Assembly (NCBI GenBank): GCA_036172245.1
Contig: JAYWIR010000001.1
Location: forward strand, 3,348,001 to 3,412,000
Source: Raillietiella orientalis
Lineage: Eukaryota
Length of the DNA: 64,000 bases
Direction: 5' to 3'
The position numbers were made by a program, and so were the translations under genes. Shown here piece after piece: positions 1 through 12,170 of the stretch (position 1 is the first letter of the stretch; every line of letters starts with the position of its first letter). The notes beneath the pieces were generated by a model, which did no database searches, was not told the origin of the DNA, and was given only the letters and a program-made list of their open reading frames with translations.

Positions 1-224
1 AAAGAATTATGCGTTATAATGGGGACCTTTATGTTTTTTCTTTTCTTTTTTGCGATCATGAATTGCAATGGCGTTGTCTTAGGGGACGGAATTTCACGTT
101 CGGAGTAGGTAGAATGAAGAGGATGTGTTTTACACTAAACATATTGAAAGTTGGCACTCTCGCGGTGAAAACAGGAAAAAAAAAATTTCGTTTGGTACCA
201 CCCACGGAGATCGTAGGCACAGAG

Positions 225-560
225 AGAGAAGAGATTCCAGGAGCGGATCCTCTCCGGGTTTTGTTAGGAGAAGAAATGAGGATTGGCCCCCTCCAGAGTA
301 TCCCTTCGGAGAGAATAAGGAAGAAGCTCACTTCGAGGTTCTCTTTCAAGCGTGATGGACCATCTTCCAAGCGTGATTGGAACGGACTCCTTCCTCCAGA
401 GTCTTCCTGGATTCATAGGGTGGTCCCCTACCGCGGTACTGCTAACTTCAAGAGCTACACACACCCTCGGGTGGCGTGGACAGTGTTAAAGAGCCTCGTG
501 AGCCCCCCTAAGGAGGCGGGAAGTTCTTCAGTACTCCTTGAGAACCAAAAAGAAAAGAAA
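225..560 (+). mobile_element. SINE-like family copy A (3' part, A-rich tail)
   Basis: Aligns by eye with the reverse complement of 61665-62000: gaagagattccaggagc, ggaacggactccttcctcc, cttcctggattc, caccctcgggtggcgtggacagtg, gttcttcagtact, gaacc + A-rich tail. Confidence 0.8.
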
Positions 561-1064
561 ACCCTCCGCAAGAAAACAAAAAAAAAATCGCTTCTGGGAA
601 GGTCATCTTTCCCGTGGTACAGACTCAACGAAGAAACAAACTGCATGCGCAAAAGTCTCAGCTGCCGGATGAGCTGCCCGCCGTGGTTCAGTATCGTCAG
701 GCATCTTCTAGATAGCTGAAGGGTAAAATCACTCGCGAGGAGCTGCGTTCAGCAAGTCCAACCAGGATTCAACTCCCGGAAAAAAGTTCAAGGCAGATTA
801 TTTGGGTATCGACAGTGACCGCCGGCTGAAGCAAGAAAACACGTCACCAGTTTCACTTCGCCTGTGCGATTTCAATGTTACTCTCAATGTGCTCGTCAGC
901 TGTGGAGACTCCGTGACCTTTTTTCAGGCTCTCCGACGCACTTTCGACGCTGTCATCCAAGAGCGGGTCAAGTACTTTGGTACGCGTCTCGGAAAGTCCG
1001 TTTGGCTGCATTGGCTAGACCCTCTTGAAAGAGGTTAAATTCCGAGAGCCGAAATCCCGAAAGA

Positions 1065-1460
1065 GCTTAAAAATAAATGCATATGCTTATGATACATATT
1101 TGTATTGAGATTAGTGTATATTATAAAGATTATAGAAAATAAATACATGTTTGTGTATGGATTAATATACGAATTTAACATACATATTGATCATATTTAT
1201 TAACGTACATATTATGAGTACTTATATTACCTTAACACAAGTATTTATTTTTTATATTCGTTGATATATATTAATACATATTGCTAATTATATTAATAAA
1301 TAAGTATGCTAAAATAAATTTGCGCATTAGTCTATATATACACATACACATTAATATACTTAATATGCATATATATATATATTCTAGAATCTTTATAATA
1401 TACATTGCTCTATATGTTAATCTATATATAAATAAAGATATGTATTTACTTTTATGATCT
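1065..1460. repeat. Very AT-rich low-complexity block with degenerate (TA)n/(TACA)n
   Basis: Abrupt compositional island with tatatatacacatacac and atatatatatat runs. Confidence 0.8.
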
Positions 1461-3614
1461 TTTGTGATTCTGATTTTCAGAATTTTGATCGGCACAGTCT
1501 GAATAGTCGCCATGTCAGTAACAAAGCAGAGCTGCCAGATAAATGCTTGGTGCTGCAGATCAGGAAAAGCAACAAAAGCAAAACGTACGCAAATTACGAG
1601 ATGAGAATACGGTATTTTGAAACTCGAAATGAAAATCAGATCTCAAGAAGGCTCCAAAAGGGAATTTTTTTTTTTTTCGTCAAACGGGAGCGGAATTAGA
1701 GGGAAAGTGCAGTTATGTCCCCGTTGCCAGCTGAAGAGCACACTTACATGCTGTATGGCGAACGAATCGGAAAAGAGCCATCTGGTCTCTCAACCGCCCC
1801 AGTGAGTAGCGCTTCCTGCTAGTAGGTTCGGGATGATGTCGACTTTCATCAATCTGCAAAAAAGAGCACCGTCACTTGGCAGCCATCGATGGTTACCGGA
1901 AGGTTTCCTTTTTCTAAGAAAAATTCGGAGTCGTCAACTGGATTGGTCACTTTCTTGCTTCATCGTCTTACACATTTAGCTAGATAAGATCTCCGGTCAG
2001 ACTTGGGATTGGCCTGGAAGCCAATTTAAAGTCTTTAAGCAGTTGACGTTGGGGCATCTTGCCCAGTTGCAATGACAGAGTTGCTGTTACTTTCTAAAAT
2101 TCTTTGCTAATTGATCAATTGGGAGACAATGGCAGAGGATTGAAGTCTTTCTCCCCATGAAATTTCGATTCTTCCAAGTTAAGAAAAGAATGTTGACGGT
2201 GGTGAACCGGAAAAGCATATGCACCGTCACGAGAGCACCCCCTTTCCCGCGGTGTTCTCCGACTTGCGATGCAGACTGCGTGGATGTCGGTTGCGGAAAG
2301 GAAAAGAAATGCTAAACTCGAACACTGGCAAGCAGATTCTCGAGATGGATTCTGACGCTTAATGGGGTTCGAATTTTCGGTCGTTTCAGCACGGAAATAA
2401 ACGGGAAGCGAGCCGATTTCGAAACTGCTCCCCCAAGTCAGGTTTTCGGTCCTCCACAGCCGCAGATTTTTCTAGCATTTTCTGAGGAACCGCTGTTGAA
2501 AGTCTGCAAAGAGAATATAGCTCTCTGTTGTTAGAGGAGAACCAGGACGCTGCGCGTTTATCTCCACGCTCCAGCATTCTGCGCGTGACATTTTCATCCC
2601 AAAGATCTCTTCTTGACCTGCCCAAAAGTGACTTTTCTGAATGAACGAACCAGCAGGCCAGTTCTTTATCCTCGTTCTGCTCGTGCATCTTCAGAACCAT
2701 GTAATATGGTGCGTTCCCAGCAGCGGAGAAAGTGGGCTGTACGAACCAGCACGTCTTCAATGGTAGTGCATCGCAGCTGCCGCAAAATTTTGTGCTCTAA
2801 GAAAGTAATGATGCAGCCCCAACGAACGCATGAGCTTGGAAGATAGAGAGTGGAAGACGAAATGGATGTTTCAATCAGGAATTGTCTTGAGTTTTGTTTG
2901 CCGTGTACCAATGCGAGGATGCATGCGATCCTTTCAAGAGTGGAGGCTGCCTCCTTACAGCTGCGATCCTGCCTTTCACTCGAAGCAAAGAGCAAATAAA
3001 TCCAACAGCTTAGCAGAAATTTACAGGACGCATGGCACATGGCTTTTTGTTCAAGGAGGAATTGCTTATTGGCTCATGCGAAGCCATTTTAGGTGTGCCG
3101 AAGCTAAAAAAAATCGTGCTGAGAAACTCTGGGCTCGTGAAGCGTCGCTCTCTGCTCCGACTTTCTCATCCACTCATGTGAAAAAAAGTGAAAATAAGCA
3201 GCCACCTGTTTTCTTGTTCATGCAGAGAATTCATCGTGGTCCTCCAGGAGATAATATCCGTCTCCAGCAAATACGCTATGATTTTTCATGAACATTCGGT
3301 TTTTCCGCTCCAGGAGCTCCTGTAGCGGTACGCGACGGCGGAATCTATGGATTTACACGGATCCTTTCTAGCTACTGAAGACAAAAGGTAGGTTGGAAGA
3401 ACAAAAACAATGAAGAGGGCACCATTCGAAAAAGGAAATCCAAGGGCTGTCCTTCGTCCTTTTCAGAGCATTGTTTTCAGACTTCCCGGTCATGACCGAC
3501 AAGGAAAAGAATGAGCTAGAGGCGGATGGCAATCTTTCAGCGAATACTCATTCGGAGAGTCGATGAATGTGTAAAGGGGCAACTGTTATCTAACCCTTCG
3601 CCAAGCATCCAGGT

Positions 3615-4620
3615 TGAGAAACCCGTCCGTGCCTTGAACTCGCCTAGATAGTGGAGGATTCGCAACGCACGCGGCTTGCCGCCTGCGTTGCAGCAGTAGC
3701 TGTCAGAGCTGCTACCGCTCCTTGGGCCCCGGGAGACGAAAGAGAACCGTTCACACCTCCGACGTTATTTCCTTCCGCTTGGGATCTGAGATACAGAATC
3801 TTGCTTTCATATGTGGTTCCTGTCTGCAAAGATAGTTTAGAGGAACGTCTTCTCTTGAGTCAACGCAAGCTTTCAACATGTTATCGCAGGTATATTATGA
3901 GCGGGATCGAGGAGCCTCTACCTTACCACACCACCTGTACCTTTCCAATCAGAGAAAGTGAAACTTTCCTGGAAACAGCAGCGAGAAGGCTTCGAATCTT
4001 CGAACCCGGGGCGTAAAAGATGGGGGAGGGAGGGGGACGAGAAACCAACGTTCGGATGCTCCTGTAAATAAGGGCTACCAGGTCGTTAGAAAGAGACGCA
4101 CGGAGGTTTTCGAAAAGATGAAGGGGCCTGAAGCTGTCGCCTTGGGTGAACGCTCCAGTGCACGGCACGACTAGAAGCCAGCTCACTCATTTGTGAACGC
4201 CGCAAACAACCGTGACACGGGGTGACACCAATGGTCTGAAGAGGATTTCGAAGGCTTCCAGAAGGATTCAAATGAAAGTGCACGGGATTGAGCTTTTCTT
4301 TGGCATTCTGGAATCGCAAATGATGGACAGAAGGTAGGAGAAGAGGCAAACAGCTTTGCGCCTGGAAGTGAGGGGTGGATTGGGTTGGATCCAAGATTCC
4401 GGAAGTTTCAGCGGCGGCAAGTGCTGACAAGGAACCCTCAGGAGTATCTCGGTCGAGGAAAACCCGTCCACGCCTTGAACTCGCCTAGATCGTGAAGGAT
4501 TCGCAACGCAGGCGGCAGGCCGCGTTGCTACAGCAGCTGTCCCACTGCTACCGTTCCTTGGTCCCCGGAGATGAAAGAGAACCGTTTAAGCCTCCTATGT
4601 ATTTCCTCCCGCGTGGGAAA
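3615..4620. repeat. Diverged ~170-bp direct repeat (3615-3785 and 4455-4620)
   Basis: Both units share aaacccgtcc..gccttgaactcgcctagat, aggattcgcaacgca, ctgctaccg.tccttgg.ccc and gaaagagaaccgtt. Confidence 0.9.
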
Positions 4621-7600
4621 CGAGGGCAAAAGCAAACCGAAGAGAAGCTCTGCGAGACGGACCAGGGACAGAGAGAATAATTCACTGGAGACTCAGAATG
4701 GGGGGTAGGAAAAATTCTGCAGAAGGTTATTAAGAAAAAAAAAATCTCCAAGCACTCAGGAACAGCCTCAATGTCAGAGTTGGATACTTGGAAGCTAACA
4801 TTCTCGACGGTAGCTCTCTGCCGCCCAAGAGGACGAAGAGGCAGACCAAAATCGTACCCCTTTATGAGCAGATAAAGAATTAAGCATGCATACGAAATGG
4901 AAACAATCATGTACCATTGTGGTTTCCACAATGATTGTGCACCACTGCGAGCAAAGCAGATGCTACGCCGGTGACTTCCTAAGAGAAGCTGCTCTTTGAT
5001 GATTTGGGTCAAAGATTTTAGATGGAAAGAAGCCAAATACCACACGGATAATCGGATCAATTTCTGTGTTGCAAATAAAGAAGCACCGAAATGAGAGGTT
5101 CTTCTTCTTCTATAAAGCTGGCATTCCTGAAAGAATGGAAGTCCTTTCGGGTTTTCCACTGTTGGCAGAACCTGCACTCTCAAAGCAGAAGAGGGTTGTT
5201 CCTATGCAACAACATCACTCCGGCTCGTGGGTGGTTCGTATCTACAAGCTCAAGAGGATAAGTTTCTCATGAAGGACATGCACTGCCTGCCTAACTACTC
5301 AGCGAAATTCTCTAAAAGCAAAGAGTAAAGGAGATCGAGAGACCAAGAAATGATACTGCTAAAAATCTGCTAATAGACTCGGATCGATGGACTCTCAAGA
5401 AAAGGCAGCAAAGTCTGCATGGCTTTCCTCCGTGGACGTTTCCTTCCTCAGACAAATCTGCTCGAGTTGAGGGAACGGACAGCTTCGGGAACTTCTCTCC
5501 CGTCCCGTGTCGTGAAGGCGCTCCATTGCCGCAAAGGGAAATCAGAAAATTCTGGAAGCAGCGGATACCTGGAGCTAGAATCTCGAGGATCGGAAACTTT
5601 CTATTGGACGCGATCACTTGAAACAAGACCAGGCGATCTCGAAACGAATGAGCCTCGATTCCGAAGTGGATCGCTGTCTGACACGCGTGGAAACCGGAGA
5701 GATTAGAAAGCAAAACCGACTGCTCCGTGTATCCGGAAGAGCTGGTGCAAGGAGACTCTGTCTTTCGAGCAGAGCAAGTTTCGCACCAGACAATTCGAAG
5801 AGACCACCTGCTGCTCCCTCCCTCTCGCAGTCGATCGGTTTCGGTGTCCCTGTGGCAAGCGACTTTGATGCGGGGAGATAGGAAAACAGCGTGGAAGTGC
5901 TGATCACCAGGTGGCAGACAAGGTGGGATGACGGAGAATAGTCCGCCTTCAGCCAAACCAACCTTCTCGAATGGCCGGATTCAAATGCTTTGCAGCCTAC
6001 GGCTGGAGAAGCAGGAAGTTCCCACCTCCGAGAGCTCAGTGAGTTGAGCCGTGTTAGCCGGTGACTTTTGCAGCCTAATGAAAACTAGCAGGAAGCACCA
6101 AAGCTGTCAAATGAACAGCAATCATCGATCACCCTGGCAGAAGCATCGAAATATACGTCACGTTTTCTCCCATACAACAGGGGATTTCCTTTCCGAAGGT
6201 TAATCCCTAGGGCAAAGATAAAGTTCCGTTGTGCCCAATTGAACCTAACGAATCTCACGACAAAAGTGACACCATCGAGAATGTCAAGCTGAGAGTACTT
6301 ACAATTCTGTCCTTAGAGACTGCTACTGAGAAACTTGCTGAGTAAGGAATGGGACACTGGAATTCTTGAGGGATTCGCATACTTATTCAAGATTTCGACC
6401 TTAGAAGTGAAAGTGAGCGATCCTTCCTCAGCAAGTATACGTAAGCAGACCATAGAAAGCATGCACAGACTAACAGGAATGAAGGCTCGGTGTTGCATTT
6501 CTAAATCATTTAATCCCGAAAGCATTCTTTATACAGTTTTCCTTCAATCTCAAGCTCCGAAAATTCAATTTCCGAATTCGGCACGCAAGAAACATCGGGA
6601 CAGAAGTCCTTTTTTGAACCCTCGCACATGCTGGAGCAAGTGTTAAGCGAAGAACATGACGCTTCATTCAGTTGGTCTTAAAAGCAAACAACCCAGCAGT
6701 AACCTCCGACACAGGCTAGGTCTCGTATCTTAGGAATCTTACACTTGGGAGGAGAAATTACTACCAGTGACAAACGATGAAGCCGACGCATATTGGGTCT
6801 TGTCACGAAAACATATGGGAATTCCTGCTGCGAACAGTCTAATGAGTTTCGAGCGCCTGCGAATGAGCCGGCGCAGACCACGCTCAAGTGTTTCTCACAT
6901 AGCCGCGCTATCGTAGGACTTACCCGAGACTCCCCGATACAGGCTGCTGTCACCACTTTTCTATTTCACTGGAGCAGTGCGTATTTACGCAAAATCGTTT
7001 ATACCGATGGACATCGTTACGAGCTGCTCTACTTAGGACTCCAAGTGGAACCAATCGGGTGGGCATTAGCAGCGCTTTCGTGTTCCCGATTTTTCAGACG
7101 TATTTTGAAAATTGGTAGCCTGATTTCTGGTGTCCACTGAAACAGCAGTTGCGATTTTCATGATGCCAAACCCACGATTGAGGTAATCGCTCCGCGACTC
7201 TGTCTCTCTAATCACCCAGAGGCTTTGGCACGAATAATGGCGGTGATTAGCTCTGTCAAGGTATCCGCGGTGGTGGCGCAAAGAGTTGCTACCACCACAG
7301 CATTGTTACTTCGGTTGTAACCATCGCCGTTGAGCAACATTCAGGACGAAATCATGGACTGGGGTGGATCAGAGCGGAGACTCATCGGACGGCCCGAGAG
7401 CAAAAAGGAGAGAGTCGCTACCATGCCACGTGCATTTTTTGTACCCCACCGTGCAACCAGGCGCTCCTCATTTCGGGACTTTTAAAACCAACAGGCCAGG
7501 CTGGAAACGACGAGGAGGACAACTGTAGGAGGAACAAAAAAGCCACGTTGTCCTTCAAGGAAGAACTGATTTCACCTATTGTTCTGGGTCGCCCGTGAGA

Positions 7601-10100
7601 GAAAGATACATTGCTCAACATCCTTACAAGCTCCGATGCAAGAGTTTACAATTGATTCTTCTTGGCCAGGAATGGTGAATTTCCCATCTTTTCACCTCCA
7701 GTTCCTCAGCGCTCCCCTTCACGTTAAGCAACTTTTTATCACTTCAGGACGAACTTTCATGCGAATCATTCCCGACGCCCTCGCAAACACTCGAGTGATC
7801 AGGAGGTAAGCGAGCAATCTGTCTGGATTGGGCAACGGTGCAGGGATGTGCCAACAACCCGTTCGCAAAGGAGTCCGGCATGCTTCGGAGTTTGCTGGGA
7901 AGATGAATCTCAATTTGGAGAGGGCCGAAAGGCTGTCGTGAAAGGCTGATTGCGTGCTCGGCTCGCGCCGGGAACAATTTCCAGCCGTTTGGCAGCTGCA
8001 ATTCGCTTCACCTTCCTCATCTTTCGAGGTGGAAATTCCGATCACCTGTTCGAACCTCAGAGACTGGACCACTCCACGCAGTCTCCGAAAGCTGTGTGGA
8101 AGTTTCCTGCTTCATTAAGGGAGCTACACACAAGCCTCTTAGTCTCTTCTCCAGGTACATGGGTTCGTCTTCTGTCTACCGGCATCGAGAGTGCCTCCAA
8201 GAAGCCGAACGGAGCTCCTCCCTCTTGAGAGCTGTAAACCTCCAAGTCGGAACCGCCGAAGCTGCGCCGACCTTCAATCCAAATATATCGATGAGTCCTG
8301 CTCTTCACTGCTTCCAGCGACATGCATTGTCTGGAGCTGGGAGGCTAATGGTCAAATGGCATAATATGCTCATCGAATCAGGTGCAGCTAGTTCCATTGC
8401 TAGCCAACCCATACGGACCATCACCGTAGAAATTTTCCCGACGGACGAAAGTGTCGAGACCCTTTTCGTCATAGGGAATATTAGAGTCACTATTGCTGAT
8501 CCTCACAGACAATATTGCTGATCACGGAGGGACCATAGAGACAAAAAGTCAGGTCCAGCAAATTCCAGCTTTCCGATCCCGTTGGACCTCCTGTCTCTGT
8601 CCAACTGGCTCGATAAAATCTCCGCTCATACGCCGAGCACCCAAGTTCAGAATGTCAGAGGCTGAGGTTGCCAAACGCAAGGTCAGTGACTTCGGAACTG
8701 CGCCGGCGTAAACCAGCAACTCAACAAAGCCAAGGATTTCCTGTGTTCCTCGCGCACCCAGCATCACTTCTGCTCTCATATGTTTGTGCAAAAGTGACTT
8801 CACCCACTAAATTCGAAACAGAGGACCCTCCGACTAGGCTTGCCATGCCACGAGACGCAGTTTCCATGACTGAGCTCCATCTGCACACTCTGCTCACCAA
8901 GAGTCATGGGCGAGAAGCACGGAAGGTAGTCTGCGACCGGGTCGCCTGGTTGCTCGCTGCCTCCGCCGACCGCTTCCCTTAGACTATGGAGTGCTCGTTG
9001 CCTTCTTAGGGAAGGGAACTTTCGGACTCCCGATGAACTCTTGGAGCACCTTGGCGGATACCTTCCGATCCATGCCTTTTGCACTTCTTGGCCTTCATGT
9101 CTACGGGTGCTCCCTTCCCGCTGCTGCGGCTGCTCTTGGCCGGAGACGAGGCCGCTTCGACCTTCCTTGTGGTCTCCTCTCCTTCCTGTCTGCGAGTGAT
9201 GGCCGCGACGACAGCATCTTCTTGCTTCAGCTTCAACAATCGGGAAGCTTCCTTGCCTTTAGGCTGCGTGAGGAGTCTTCAGTTGCTTCCTGATGGACGG
9301 AACCATCTTTCCCGGCCTCCACGCTCCATCTGGAAGCCCTCCGTACTTCTTGGGTGCATGGCCCTGAGCTGCTGCCTCTCTCTTCGGGATGTTATTCGCA
9401 ATTTGGTACGTAAATAAATGTTCCGAAGGATTCTCAGTCACCTACACCCAATCTGGTCATCTGGTCAGGAATTTTTTTTACCCCTCTTGATACAGCGTGT
9501 CCGAAATAGGAGGATTTCCCGTCTCCACTCTGTGAGTTCTTCCACCGTCTCCCAACACCGTTGCAGTCTCTCATATGATGGGGTCGCTGGCAACGAATGG
9601 TTTGTTGGGTGTTTTCAGTGGGTCTCTTGGGAGCTCTGAATGTTGTTCCTCATCGCCCAGTTTCTCAGCTACTCGACTCGCTTGGTTTCTGGGTCCCGTG
9701 CAGCAGTGGACTCTAAGTCAGCACGAGCGTCGCGCGCTGTGGCGGTCATCCCTCTGGAGGCGAAAAACAGAGCCTTGCCCCAGCGCTGGTTCTCTCCCGT
9801 TCCCTGGATTCCTACACGTTCGAGTGGGTTTTCGGACGGGCAGGTGACGTCGAGTGTTAGTTTCTTGACCTCTGCTCTGCAAGACCACCAGATCAGACAG
9901 ACTTCTTGGTCACCACTGTTCATCCTGCCGAGCGGTATGGTGCACCTCTGGGCAGGATACGTGTCGCAGCTGCGCATTACATTGGAGAGCATCGTCCAAC
10001 GTTTCGTGTGTCCTGCGTGCGTGCGAAGTTGATTCGCCACTTCTTCGTTCCTGGGATCCCAGTTTCCATCTTTTTCACGCCTCCATCGGGCTGTCTCTGA
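4400..10100 (-). mobile_element. Heavily decayed, near full-length non-LTR retrotransposon (I/Nimb-type: ORF1 knuckles, APE, RT, RNase H, C-terminal Zn knuckle)
   Basis: Degenerate motifs appear in the expected order on the minus strand across many frameshifts. ORF1: PIRCQR..HMRDC (~9590) and PDWV...YQIANNIPKREA (~9400). APE: WNC..RG (~8865), QE (~8740), SGDF (~8620). RT: DYLNRGFGIMKIATAVSVD (~7150), IGINDF (~7000), KLNFG (~6565), CLRILAEEGSL (~6430). RNase H: DVYFDAS (~6150), RL..PANTAQL (~6060), ETDRLREG (~5830). Ends are approximate. Confidence 0.65.
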
Positions 10101-10899
10101 GTGTTCTCAAAGACGAAAAAAAAAAAAATCGAGCATGGTGACTCCCTGACCCGACAGGCTTTCTGGGAAGCCAGGTCCGAGAGAAGTCTAGTACCGATAC
10201 TAGGCACTGGCTGGTTTGAGACCACTGCCTCCATTTTTTTTTTTTTTTTCCGAGTCACTTCTCTGATTTCGCTGAGCAGTCGGTCGGGAACCCTTCAGCG
10301 GTGGAGGTAGAATTCCTAATACAACTATGGAGAACGTGAGATCATGACTTCTCGACACATGCAAGTCCACGCTGCTTCTTGTAAACACCGCTCGCAAGGG
10401 TTTCGCACGGTCAGCGAAACATCTACAAAGCTCCCTTGCCATCTATGAAGGACAGCGTTTATGAAGTGATAGTAAATGAATATGAGATGACTTTCTCACT
10501 CCTGCAAATCTTCATTCGTGCTTCTAGTTATGCACAAGGAATGCCTGTTGGGGGGAAGGGAGGAGGGATGCGATCAATGATTATGGAGGATTCTCCACTA
10601 TCAAACTCCTCGTAGGCGGTTTTAAAACGTCGAATTGCCTCGCAGCTGCTTCTTCTGAGGCGACGTTCGCAGTCATTTTTTTTTTTGTACACCGCAGCAC
10701 TGGGTGTCGCTACACGAACCAGCGCTGTCAGTCACTCTAGTCGCCTCTAGCAAAGCGCCCGACTGGACCTGCTGCCAAGCAAAGGACATGACACTAGGTT
10801 CCACACTGATTATCGATCTCTGGTTCCCAGCAGATTCATTCCGTACCAGAGATTATGGAGCCAAAACTTTGCAGTTTCATCCTGTACAGTCTTTACCGG

Positions 10900-12170
10900 A
10901 TCTTGATCCTTGGTCTTCTGTGCTCTTCTTCCTGGCTCTTAGAACATCTTCAAAGACTCAACATGGTGAGCATCGAAACTGATTCAGAATTTCTAAAGCA
11001 TTCTCACTTCATTGTTAGATGAATCTTTGCATGCTGCATTGACCGTCACATGCAAAAGATGCCAGATTCATGATGACAGTGAGATTTTTGATTGATTACA
11101 TTCAGCATGCCTTTCCTTTTTCCAGAAGTGTTTGAAGAAGCCAAAAGTAGGGTGGAGGATCTTCCTACTCTACCGGTTTCCCAGAAGACTCACGTCTTGC
11201 GTCAAGAAAGAATGGGAAAAAGGAGGAACTTCGGAGCACACACAAGCTCCAGTGCAGGTGCAACAGGGACTTTGCTCTATAGACGTGGACCTAGTCGTGA
11301 GGAAAGATGCACATGAACAAGAAGGTAGTCATCGGAAGTTTCGTGTTCCTGCTCGATTCAAGAGACAGCCAGTGAGGCTTTGCGTCTTCTAGGAACTAAG
11401 TCCCAGCATGAGTATCATGCAAAACCCTCTTCTGTGTCACTATTCTCTGTCTTCAGTTGGTAGTTTACTCACCAGATGTGTTTCTTCGTAAACTTGCAAG
11501 AAGTATCCAGAGAAACCTCACTGATAATTGCCTTTGTTTTTATGTGATCCCAAAGTGATCAGAGGTTTGCATCCAAGTATTCCATTCTTCATCTGAAGTC
11601 CTTCACGAGTTCCCCTGAAGTTCTTTCATGCCTTGAATCTGTCCAACAAATGAGCTGGACGGGAATAGCAGTGCCCTCGTTAGCCAAGTCAGAGGAACCG
11701 GAAACATAAAGTTTTCCAAGAATGTGTTTTGGACAAAAGTTTCTTATCCCAAGCTTCAGGAAACGCTTATTATTACCAGAGAAATAAGGTTTCAGAGCCT
11801 CAGGAGACAAAGATAAGTTTCGTTTCTGGAGCATAGTTCAGCAAATACCCTGCATGCTAATACTCCAAATGGCACCCGGAGCACTAAAATCATGTATAGA
11901 GAGTAGTACCTAGGATTTCTCAGTTCGCGGATGAGCAGGCGGATGAAGAAAGTAATGGTAGAGCTAGATATGAGTTGTGGAAGACGTTTAATCGAGATAA
12001 TCTTGATCAGCACAGCAAAAGCAAACCATGTGATTACAAAAACTATCTTATCGAAAAGCACTTATCGCAATGCAGCTCAAGTTCAGTTTCTAATGGAAGC
12101 CTCTGTGACTAAAGAAATTGAACACAACTCACACATATTGCAAGAACACAAATATGCCACATCAGAATAA
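10900..12170 (+). mobile_element. Decayed LINE reverse-transcriptase fragment
   Basis: Ordered weak matches to early RT motifs: KTQHGEH..EFLKH (~10960-11000), FPEVFEEAK, ERMGKRR, YRRGPS (11092 ORF), GFRASGDK (~11790). Multiple stops. Confidence 0.35.

Noticed and set aside
9-719. 236-aa ORF
   Set aside because: It runs through SINE copy A and A-runs and has no recognisable domain.
8365-8400. LIESGAASSI on + resembling a retroviral protease motif
   Set aside because: It lacks the catalytic Asp and is better explained as the antisense of the LINE APE region.
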